64,000 nt of DNA from Marsupella aquatica (Eukaryota > Plantae > Marchantiophyta): the NCBI GenBank assembly GCA_973895155.1, contig OZ316897.1, forward strand, positions 22,791,455-22,855,454. Direction: 5' to 3'. Each line of letters begins with the position of its first letter. Position 1 is the first letter of the stretch. The notes beneath the pieces are model-generated. The model ran no database searches. It was given only the letters and a program-made list of their open reading frames with translations, and was not told where the DNA came from. Below, piece after piece: positions 53,690 to 64,000 of this stretch. Position numbers and translations under genes: made by a program.

Positions 53690-53932
53690 TCAAAAGAGAC
53701 CTCCAAAGATAACAACCCAAAGAATGACACCAAGAATTACACAAATTTTGACCTTTTTCCCGTCCTGTGTCTGTTGGGCTAGCACTTCTTCATGTGTCAA
53801 TCTTCGAATGGGAATCTCCTCAAGTGCTGGTGGTCTTCGTTGTCGCAGAGTAGAATTGTGCTGATTGACCCATTCTTTGTACAGAGGATCTACCGATGGT
53901 GAATTGTGCTGAAAGAGGTCATTCAGATCCAT
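53690..53932 (-). CDS. Candidate 80-aa tail-anchored membrane microprotein of unknown function
   Basis: Intronless ATG-initiated ORF with a hydrophilic N-terminus, a basic KKVK and a single hydrophobic helix at the extreme C-terminus (ICVILGVILWVVIFGGLF). I do not recognise a family. Confidence 0.45.
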   Translation of the reverse strand: MDLNDLFQHNSPSVDPLYKEWVNQHNSTLRQRRPPALEEIPIRRLTHEEVLAQQTQDGKKVKICVILGVILWVVIFGGLF

Positions 53933-54412
53933 TAGCAAACGAGTAAGGGCTCAAATGTAGAAGGACAGAGGCAGGACCAGAGTACCAGAAAGCGTTGTGC
54001 TGGAGAGACGAACGAGCTGTTTTACAGTGGTGTGATGCTCTGGCTGGTCGAGAGAACACCGATTGTCTTAAGAATCCGGCAATTATCCTTTCCTCCTCTG
54101 CGACCTAAATAATGTGCAAAGAGCTTCACCCACCGGAAGAATCTGACGTGTATTTCCAGAGCTTCAAAACAAACACGCGGGAGTTCCAAACACACGACTC
54201 AGAGCCCCAAATTCAACACTTCAGAGATCCAATCCCAACAATTCCAGAGCTGGAAACCCGCGAGATGTCAGAAAGTCACATTCCACCACTCCAGAGCTCC
54301 GAATCCACCGTTCAGAGCTGTGCACCTGGGATTGAACCTGATATTCGAGGGGTCTGTCCGTCATCCGCCGATCGGTCTTCACAGTGCCATCAGCCAGACA
54401 ACGGCATAGTCT

Positions 54413-54486
54413 CGCTCTAAATTCGTGAAGCAAAAAGCTCGAGAGGAGACGCTCTAAATTCGTGAAGCAAAAAGCTCGAGAGGAGA
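54413..54486. repeat. 37-bp tandem duplication
   Basis: cgctctaaattcgtgaagcaaaaagctcgagaggaga occurs twice. Confidence 0.9.
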
Positions 54487-54578
54487 AATGTCGATATCTT
54501 GGGTGCAACGAGCCTCTGCACCCAAACTCCACCAAATGCTGAAACGAATTCACGAGAATTACACACATCAAGTATGAC

Positions 54579-55153
54579 ACTCACAAGCGTCTGACACTGT
54601 CATTCAGTATAATGGAGACACGAACTTTACACTGTCACAATACACTCAGAGCCGTATAGTGTCATGACATGGACAGTGTAAAAGGTTATATACACGCTAA
54701 CTGTGGTAACCAAGAGAACCCAACTCCTTTGGCTGAATGAGATGGGAGGCAGCTGCATGGACAGAGCTCTACTCTCACAAGCGTCTGACACTGTTAGTCA
54801 GACTAATGGAGACACCAACTTTACAATGTCATAATACACTCAGAGCCGTATAGTGTCATGACATGGAAAGTGTAAAAGGTTATGTACACGCTAACCCGTG
54901 GTAACCAAGAGAACCCAATTCCTTTGGCTGAAGGAGATGGGAGGCAGCTGCATGGACAGAGTTAGACTCTCACAAGCGTCTGATACTGTTAGTCAGTATA
55001 ATGGAGACATGAACTTTAAACTGTCACAATACACTCAGAGCTGTATAGTGTCATGACATGGAAAGTGTAAAAGGTTATATACATGCTAACTGTAACCAAG
55101 AGAACCCAACTCCTTTGGCTGAATGAGGTGGGAGGCAGCTGCTTGGACAGAGT
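54579..55153. repeat. ~193-bp tandem repeat x3
   Basis: ctcacaagcgtctgacactg...tgtcatgacatgg...ccaagagaacccaa.tcctttggctgaa.gag.tgggaggcagctgc.tggacagag is repeated three times with few substitutions. Confidence 0.95.
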
Positions 55154-58100
55154 TCCGAAGGAATCCACTCAAAACCTTCTATTCTCAGTCACATGCATTT
55201 TTACATGCTCCCAATAATTAAACGACGACTGGCCATATATAAGGGGGAAGTGTCAAGATCTCCCCCTTTTTACCATATTTCACTCACTTTTCTCCTCTAC
55301 CATGCCAGTTTGTTTCACAATTTCAGGAAAAACAAACCACTTTTAATGGTAGCTACTAGCTTTGAAGGGCAGGCCAGTTTGGTTCAAGAGAAGTGTAGAA
55401 TGTGCCATCCAAGTAAATTCAACTGTTTCATTTGTGTCCGCCAGGTTTTCCCTTGTCCATCCTGGCTTCCACTTCAGATCTTGTATGAGATTTTCTCCTT
55501 TTCCATGAAAAAATGGTTATTGGAGTCCCATACCCCCGAGCTAGGCTGGTCAAGAGGTGTCCGGCCAAAGTCTCAGAACCTGGTGCCAGGAGGTTACGGC
55601 TGTAGGAAAGGACTTAACCAGGCCTCTCAAGCATCTCGGAAAAGTAAACCAAAAAATTACCAAAAGAAGGCCTTTCACTTTGCAAAAACAGATTAAAGGA
55701 GGACCAAAAAGTTGACAAAAAGAGTGTCAATTTCTGGGTCAAGGATGCTCTTAACATCAAAAACACTACGCCAATTTTGAGTTTCTAGAGAAGAAAATAA
55801 TGGCTCCCACTTGACCCTTATCACCAGAACACGTGCCTTGAACTCTTGGCCTCTTGTCATAGATCATTTGCACATTTTTTACCATTATAAAACCCCATGA
55901 CTTGTAGAGGTGATCAGAGTTAGAGGGATATGGCTTTCAGGCCAGTTTGCTTTTGACAGGAAGACATTGTAGCAGTCAACTCAAAGTTGTTCCCTTTTTG
56001 TTGAGGTATTCTATGTTGCAAGCAAACAGGAGATTTTGATAGCTAGGAGATTTTGATAGCGAGACAATAATAGTTCCAAATTTCAGTTACTTTTTGATGC
56101 CTTTTACATTTTTTGTGGTTTTTTAAAGGCTGCAGATGGCTAGCGAGCTCGCTAGCAAAAAGGGAGTCCCCAAAAGGGATGTTACCAACCAGGTAGTTGA
56201 TAGCGAGACAGTTGCATGTAGAAAAATAGGGGTCATGCAAGAATTGTTTTTGCTCGTGCAAGGAAAAAATTTACTGTTTACTCGCACGTTACAATTACCC
56301 CTTTTTGTTTCTGTACAATATTCCTTTTGAGGGAGTGTGTCCACTTTCTCTTAGACTCTTTTTGGGAGGCAATTACACATATTTCAATAGACTGTGGTTT
56401 GTAAAGAAACAGGCCCTTGTCTTGTTGAGGTTCCATGTGATCAATATCTCATTCAGAAAGTTCTAAGTGGTCTCTCGGGTGACCTATTTGCTGAAAGACA
56501 AGGGATACAAAAGGAATGGAAATGGGCCTGCAATCAATAGCTGAGCGTTCTCAGACTCATAACATGAGACACCTGGGTGGTCTCCTAGTGCTAGCAGACC
56601 TGTCGCAAAGGTTGAGATGAAGGTTATAAGGCAAAGGGTTCCCTTGTGAACAGAACAGTGTACAACGTGAAATGGGTAATTTGCTTTGAGTAGGGTTGGA
56701 AGACCCCTACATGATTGAACCACATCAACTCAATGTCAATTAATAGTAACTGTTAGGGGCTGAGTGTTGATAGCCACATCATTCTTGTGTGACGCAAGCA
56801 TGGTTACACCTGTTTGTCTCCAGCAAATCATTTTTGTTTATTGTAAACAGTGATGACAGAAAAGACAATTAAATACTCCAAACAAGAGGGATGGTTTCAG
56901 GCAAGTCCCAAAACACAACTTGTCCTATTTGGAGCACTCATCTGGTTCGAACTACTTTACTCAAATCTCTATTAGCCCAATGCTAGTGCATTGCACAAAT
57001 GATGTCAAGGCGAGTCAAACAATGCAGGTGAGACAAAGAAGTGGTTGAGACATCTTATGTGTTGTTGCAATCATCCCAACCACGTTTATCATTCTTAAAT
57101 TATTGTCCAGAATGAGTGTGTACCTTAGTGCCAGGCGAGAGGGTTCCAGCCGATGCAACAGTCATAAAAATCCCAGGATTTAGTCATGGTGAAAACTCAA
57201 TTCCTAAAACAGACCACACACAATGTTTGGGAAGGATCACATATTATAGTGTTTGATCAGGACCCTGTATTATATTAAAAACTTTAATAACATGCTATAT
57301 AGCCCAATGCCCACATGTTGCATGCTTGTCATTGGGGCTATGTTGTCATGGGGAGGGCAGGGGCCGCACAAGAGAGGAGGCCGTGGCAGGGTGTCTCGGG
57401 ATCAGGCATGGTCGCCTGCCACTAAGAGGGGGAGATTATTTTCCATTTAGTTTACCCTGTTTTAGTGTTTCCCCTCTCCTGCATCCTCCCTTTCTTTCCA
57501 TCCTCTCTCCCTCTTTCCCTCCCTTTCTTCAACATCTATAACACAGTGCCAAAGGGCATAAAATGTCAAACCAGGAGACATAATCCCAATGGCAAAGCAG
57601 CCAATGAAGGGGGGGAAGGAGGTGAAAGGGCCCCAAAAAGACCAAAGGGTCCAACAAGCCAAGCGGTCCCCAACGGGGTCCCCAACCAAAAGCCAATAAA
57701 GGAACAAAACACAAAAAAGGAACCTACAAAGAAGCCGTGAAGACTAACAGCCTACTGAGTGCAGAACAGAAATGTCTGGTAGATCTCCGGAGTAAACCGC
57801 ATAGGAGGTCACTAAGTGGAAACTGCTGAGAGAAAGATTTTAAAAAGAGAAAGAATGAAGAAAAATGAAAATTATCCCAAAGTAAAAAAGAAGAGTACCC
57901 ACGTCCATAGAAAAAGCCAAAAAAAACTCTCGTACCAATGTACTTCACATGCAAGGTTATATGCTACAAACTACTCACCTAGCACATGTACCTTGTACTT
58001 ACCTATTGGAGAAGCAAGTATATTCATTGGCTTATCCCTTCAAGTTATTCCCAGGGTGTCACAAACTCTTGAATACTTGCTCTTCCTTTCCAAGTTTTAT

Positions 58101-60927
58101 AAACCAAAGATGGGGAGGTTTTGGCTGGATGTGATTGATTTAGAGTGGCTTTACTAGCAGTTGGGGGCACTTGTGACTTTTTTCTACAAAAGCAATATTA
58201 CCAGGCAAACTGGAGTGTACTTTTTTTCTTCTTCTTTTGCCTTGAAAGCCAAAAGCAAAGCAGACCCATCCAACAGAGGATAGATTTTTTGCTCCAGAGC
58301 ATGCCCTTTTATGTAGGGTAGCCACAAGGGGACAATACCCAGGGAACCTACAGGGCCCCAGACCAGGAGGGAGAGAGGGTCTTCCCCCTCCCCTTGCCTG
58401 TGGAATGAGTATTGAACTTGGGACCCTTCAATTCTAGGCCATCCCCTGGCCAATTGACCAAGCTACAGTAGTTGTTTCTTGTGCCCCTTTTTGTTCTAAG
58501 CATTGACTGGCTCCCTATCAAATTTCTTTTAAGATGATCTTCAATGAATGCAAATAGTTTGAAGGATGGAAAAGTTTGGAAATGGGGGACCAGCTGTAGC
58601 TAGAGGTGGTTTAAAATTCTAGACAGAACAAGCAGTCCAAGTATGGGCCCACTGCTTGCCATGTAGGATAGACAGGGTCCACAACTCCACATAACATTAC
58701 CGTGCCATGTAGGATGGAAGGCAGGGAATGGACAATGGGCCCCAGTTCTTTTCAAGCCTCTGTAGCATTTTCCACCCATTAGAGGGTCCAGATTTGATCT
58801 TAGAGGGAATAAAAAGAGGGCAATAAACGGCTCTCATCGTCTTGTAAGGCACGCTGACTTGATGAGAACCTGAGATTTTTCCTTGGTTGTTAAAACACGA
58901 AAGGAGACCCAAAAGGACAAAAGGTAACTGAAAGATTTGATGCAGTGGTCCCAATAATGACCGGCGGGCTCAAAGATCGACCTGCTATGGTGAAGGCCCT
59001 GATGCACCTGGCACCTGGCTTGCGCTCGTGACAGATTAGGGGCTCATTGGCCTTCTTGCCCACAGAATTTGTGGTTTGCATTGGACCAGAGCTCACACTA
59101 TAACCATTACTGTGACTTTCACTTTTTGAGAATCATCATCATTTCCTGTCTCTGGAATCCGCATTTCAGTAACGCATTACAGTCGTGCAGTAAAGTCGAT
59201 GGAAGGCCACAGCGAACACGAAAAGTGCCAACGGAGGACCCCACAATCGAATTGGTCACACTCTACAATCTGTTGTGGTGTTCTATAGACCATAGACTCA
59301 TCACTCATAGAGGCACAAAGAGTTTGGGCATTTGGTCTCCAGAAAGACAAAATTGATGGGTGCCGCATGATTTGCTTGGTCTGTATAGCACATTACTGAT
59401 TACTCGTCCGCCAGTGCCAGCTGCGACAGCGGTTGTCTGACCTGTTCACCCTCCGCGAATTTATGTATTCTTGTCAATACGGTTTAGGGTGAACGCGAAT
59501 CACAGGCTGGTAGCCATCCTAGAGTCTCATATTCTAATTTCGTGGAGGGAGTGTAGTTACAGTCATTGTGTGCTCGCAGTGTAATGTACAGTCTACCCAA
59601 AATTTTGATGCAGATATTCCCGATGAAGTTTTAGAAGTTAGAGAGGGTGGCTTTACAATAGGTTGGGGCCACTTTCAGTTCTTTTTGGCGAGCATTTTGG
59701 ATTCAAGATGTGATCAAGGTCATCCATTGGGGGTTCCATTTTGAAGCTAACCTCTTGCCTATGTACATGGAGTGGAGTGGGGTCCAACTTTTGCTTATGT
59801 GAAGCGCATTTTTGTCCCAAATTTTAGACCATCTGGCTTGGAGGTCTCTTCATCTGGCAGCTAACCCTTGGTCCATTCTTATTTTGAGTCTTTTAAATCA
59901 AAAGTGTACCCACGTGCTGCTCATCACATCTTCTCTTGTCATAACAAGAAGAATCTTAGCCAAAACAGTATGTCATATTTTGTTGAAATGGGTCCCCAAC
60001 ATGTCTCCTAACAAATTATTCTAGCACTTGACTAGAGACTGGGGGCGGGGCACAAAATGATTCCGAACTCTCCTTAGGTAACTATCTTTAGGACATCAAA
60101 TGGCTGATACATTACAGGGTCTGGTCAAGCCACCCTGAAATGCGGGATTCCAGGGACTTACTGTATTTGGTGGGCTTTCGCATCGCAAGACTTCTGGTAA
60201 ATAAACTGCACCCCACGCCGTCGGGTCCGTGAGCTGACAGATGACTGATGACCACTGCAAAGTGCAAACACTCGGCAGATATTTGGATGTTTCCCTTGCA
60301 TGAAGGTCCAGCCTGGCAGCGCACATTGGCGTCGCCCATGACCACTGCTCCTCTACTGTTGTCAGCGGCTGTTCAATGCTGTATACAGGATCAAGCAAGG
60401 TCCGTCCCAAGGAGGCGCCATCTGCTTCCGGGTGAGAAGGGTCCTGGGTGTACAATCTGCATGATTGTCTTGATGCTGTCAGTTTGCCTGGTGAGTGCCA
60501 CGGTAAACGTCATTTACGTCAATTGGGTATCAGTTTTATAGCAGTTTGAGACGAAGGTCCGAACTCAAGGCCCACAATAGCGGTTTGAGCAATGACAGTG
60601 ATGAAGAAATCTGAATTTTTGACGAATCCATTTCTAAAATAGCACTCCCATGCGATTCGTCTTCGCACGGTTCGTTACAGTTTTGACATCAAGCTTATAT
60701 GATTAGATAACTTCTCATAATAAAGTATGTAATCGGTGGTAAAATCTGAGATTGCGGACGACTTGCACTGACATCTATTCTCAGCCGGTCTACTTTAGAT
60801 CATTGCAACTTATTTAGTCAAGAGTCCAAATTGGAATCTAAGCATCAGCGCTTTTCTTTAGAACAACCAGCAAACTGGCCCTTTCCAGTATCTGTGATGG
60901 TGCCCTTTCCAGTATCTGTGATGCTGG

Positions 60928-61180
60928 TTAAATGGTCGTGATTTGTCGAGACTCGAACTGTTCGAGATTGTTACTCTGGGAGAATCTTACCATTAAACTA
61001 CATCTTAAAATTGATTAAATGGTCATGATTTGTCGAGACTCGAACTGTTCGAGATTGTTACTCTGGGAGAATCTTACCATTAAGCTACATCTTAAAATTG
61101 ATTAAATGGTCATGATTTGTCGAGACTCGAACTGTTCGAGATTGTTACTCTGGAAGAATCTTACCATTAAACTACATCTT
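60928..61180. repeat. 87-bp tandem repeat x3, near-identical
   Basis: ttaaatggtc.tgatttgtcgagactcgaactgttcgagattgttactctgg.agaatcttaccattaa.ctacatctt starts at 60928, 61015 and 61102. Confidence 0.95.
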
Positions 61181-62007
61181 CAATCGTGAAACTAGTTTGG
61201 TAGAGTAGTGTATTAGATGGGAATTTATAGTCGCTTCTCATCTCCGGGCAGCGGAATTAGGAATGGAGGGACTCGTGTTTGCACCATTCTTGTTTGTAAA
61301 ACATTTCGACTAATTTGGTCACGACTGTTCCTGATCTGCATGGTCGGTACAACTCTGTCAGCTACTGAGAGTAGGTATCCAGATGCAACTGCGAATCACA
61401 GTCCAAACATTGTCCAATCCATTTCAAGTACCGAGGTTACTCTGTAGATTACCACGTTTGTCACACCACCTTTACCGATGATGGACTTCCAGGTGAGGTA
61501 CAATCACGTGAATGAGGTATCATCTACAGTAGTCAACACAATACTAGCATGATTTCAAGAACCGACTCACACTAGCTGGTGAAAACGACAACCATGAAGA
61601 CCACGGGCACTTCATTCAAAAGAAATACAGGCATGATCTCCGCCTTATTTGCTCTTATAAGTAGAGTATCCTCTGTGACTTCAAGTTCTTATGTACATTG
61701 GTCAAATAATGTGGCTAGCGTAAAGAATGTACTACGTACATTTGGCCGGTATGATGAGTGACCGGAATACAAAATGCTCCTGATCTAGAAGCTAATCTAT
61801 CTATCTGGTATATGTGGGCGGAGAAGGTATTTTCACACCTCCGTGAAGGTCAATTATTTTCCTATGTATACAAATCCCCAAGAAAGGCTTTTTGATCTCT
61901 CTTGTGCGCGTAAAACGGGCGCCCAAAATGAAACAATCGACAAATTGGTGTAATGTTGATAACTACCACTACTTCTGTACTCCTCAGTAACTCCCGAGTA
62001 TTACAGC

Positions 62008-63997
62008 TCACGAATTTCCCAAACGATCACGCCGATTTTGGTGCTTATTCCTATTCCTAATTAAGACAGCAATTTCTTCAAGAACCTGCAGAAAAGATAA
62101 CCCACATGCGTTAATAATGAAGAAAGAACAGAGCGTAAGCACTAAACAATTACTCGACACACCATGTCACCAATTCCTCAAATCAGGGGACTATTTGTTG
62201 GCAAAAGGCTCTCTAAAATTTCCCTATCTTAGATGGGCAACTGGCTAAACGACACTAACAGGCCATCCCATGTTGAACCTCCTCTCCCAACTGCAGAACT
62301 GCGATGGGGCTTGGGGCATTACCAATATTGCCACACCGTAACTAGACACCCCAAGCCAAGAGTTTAAGGTTTTATGACTAATTTCTTGCTGGCTTTTGAG
62401 TTGCCATTGAGCTTGGAAAAAGGCTAGTCGCAAACCTGTACTGCAAGCATCGTAGGTGTCACGCAAGATACGCTCTCTAGGCCCATCACTTTTGCTAAAC
62501 CTGCAAGGTGGGCAACATGTCATATCTCCGAGTCGCTTCTTCAATTGCTACATATTGAAACTATCATGACAAACAAACAAAAAACTTGGCTACGCTGTCA
62601 TTGCTGGAAAACCTTCCTCGAAGGAATTATTGAATAGCTAGATTCTATCCGAGAGACACGGATCCCGTGGTACCTGCTACGCAAACGGAAGCGTCAGCGT
62701 TTCTGTAGTAGCCCTCTCGCTCCTCGAAGAGATTCTCGAGGCAATTTAAGGCCTGCCGAGAACCAAAACAACTCCGTTAAGTTCTCGAGTTTTTGCACTA
62801 GATTCACATTAGATGCAGAAAACTACGAATAAGTCTGTATCTTGCAAGACTGAGCGACCTTCAGCCAGGTAACAACAGTACTCGATCAACCTCGTGGAAA
62901 CCATGACATAACTCGTGAAAAACCATGACCAACCTGCTGGTAAGCAGTTTCCTTAGACACCTGCCCCAAAAGAGGGCGAGATTCGCAGCCTACAGCTACT
63001 ACTCGTTCGGCAAGGGCCTCCAATGGCACGTCGAGCCATACAGTAATGCCCTGTCTCAAGTAGCCCCTGCAAACCAAATTAAAACAAGTTCCAGAATCAG
63101 GAAACGACAAACATTATAAATTGCTTTGCAAGGTCTCCACTCAGCTGCAGAACATCATTGCAATTTCTCAAATTAAATTAAATTTAAGGACGATGCCCAG
63201 GGTTCTTCAAAGGGTCCATCCACTAGCACTACTTGAAAGCAGTTGGAATTCGTGAAACGCCGGTCAAATCCTACTTCCCTACAGGAAACTATTGAACTCG
63301 ATGATTTCAATGGCTTCTATTCCTTGAACTATAGTATAGGCAATCTAGCTATGTGCTCGATCTGTAGTATTGCAAAGCAAATTCAATTGTCACAGGATTA
63401 ATCTGCTTTTCGAAAAAGCCAATCCCCAAAGTTTTAAGGACCGGTAATCGCCATCGCATCCTTCGTTTAGAGTTCCTAAAGTAATAGAGAAATACTGTAA
63501 ACAAAACCGTAACTGGCCAAAGGTGGTTGCAGAAGAACAACAAAAAGTTGTTGCGAAAAGGGAGGGGGACTGCAGTCCGGGGAGTCAAGCCAACCACTAG
63601 AAATGATGAGACTAGGGAGAATGATTCTCATATTCCCCTTGGTAACGTGTCCGACGTACAAGCCAACGTGGGTCGGCCGACGTCCTGGAAATGGTTAAAG
63701 AAATCTAGCGGACGACCACTCAGCTCTGCTCTATGATTTAGCAAATTGACCCTTTCATCTATGATCGAATCTAACTTTAACTTATTCTCAAAATCGAACT
63801 TGAGGATCAGCGACGAAGTGAACAGCGAATTCTCGTCCTCTTCATTTCAATCTAATGAAAAAGTCGCACACCCAACTTGTCTCGTCATCAATCATATCTG
63901 TTTGAAACGCTCACCAGTTTTGGGGTCTCACTACCGCCCCACCACCCGTGGAGACCACCAAGCGAACCCTTGACGAAAGCTGCATGATCGCTTCTGA
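62008..63997 (-). CDS. SK: Shikimate kinase, 3' five exons (5' part outside the window)
   Basis: Exons 63997-63915 (SEAIMQLSSRVRLVVSTGGGAVVRPQNW), 63066-62934 (GYLRQGITVWLDVPLEALAERV..SRPLL), 62752-62674 (LFEEREGYYRNADA), 62500-62436 (VTPTMLAVQ) and 62085-62008 (VLEEI..stop) have consistent phases. Confidence 0.92.
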
Positions 63998-64000
63998 CTG

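Noticed and set aside
54579-55153. CRISPR-like array (also considered for 60928-61180 and 420-686)
   Set aside because: The units repeat in full with no unique spacers, there are no cas genes, and the context is eukaryotic.
59400-60024. Possible LINE ORF2 C-terminal relic on the minus strand (also 49100-49950)
   Set aside because: Only a vague Trp/Lys-rich resemblance with several stops. No RT (YADD) or endonuclease motif is seen.

Overview
Eukaryotic, intron-rich land-plant genomic DNA. Gene content and intron style suggest a bryophyte, probably a liverwort (inference). Seven protein-coding genes were reconstructed by hand. They are a 13-exon bifunctional class II/class I diterpene synthase (+), a 6-exon GILT-family thiol reductase (+), a classical GPI-anchored arabinogalactan protein (+), a 22-exon VPS35 (-), an 8-exon RNFT-type transmembrane RING E3 ligase (+), a 6-exon NAT9-like GNAT acetyltransferase (+) and the 3' part of a shikimate kinase (-). 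There is also a candidate tail-anchored microprotein. Intergenic DNA holds two solo LTRs, a long-TIR foldback element with an LTR nested in one arm, a GC-rich MITE family with a 9-bp TSD, a tRNA-derived SINE family with TSDs, and many local tandem duplications. The most notable points are a diterpene synthase that lacks the ent-kaurene synthase signature residues, its GC-AG intron, a U12-type intron in VPS35, and the SINE and MITE families. I found no evidence of a multi-gene novel system such as a biosynthetic cluster inside this window. Exon coordinates were read manually and could be off by a few nt.
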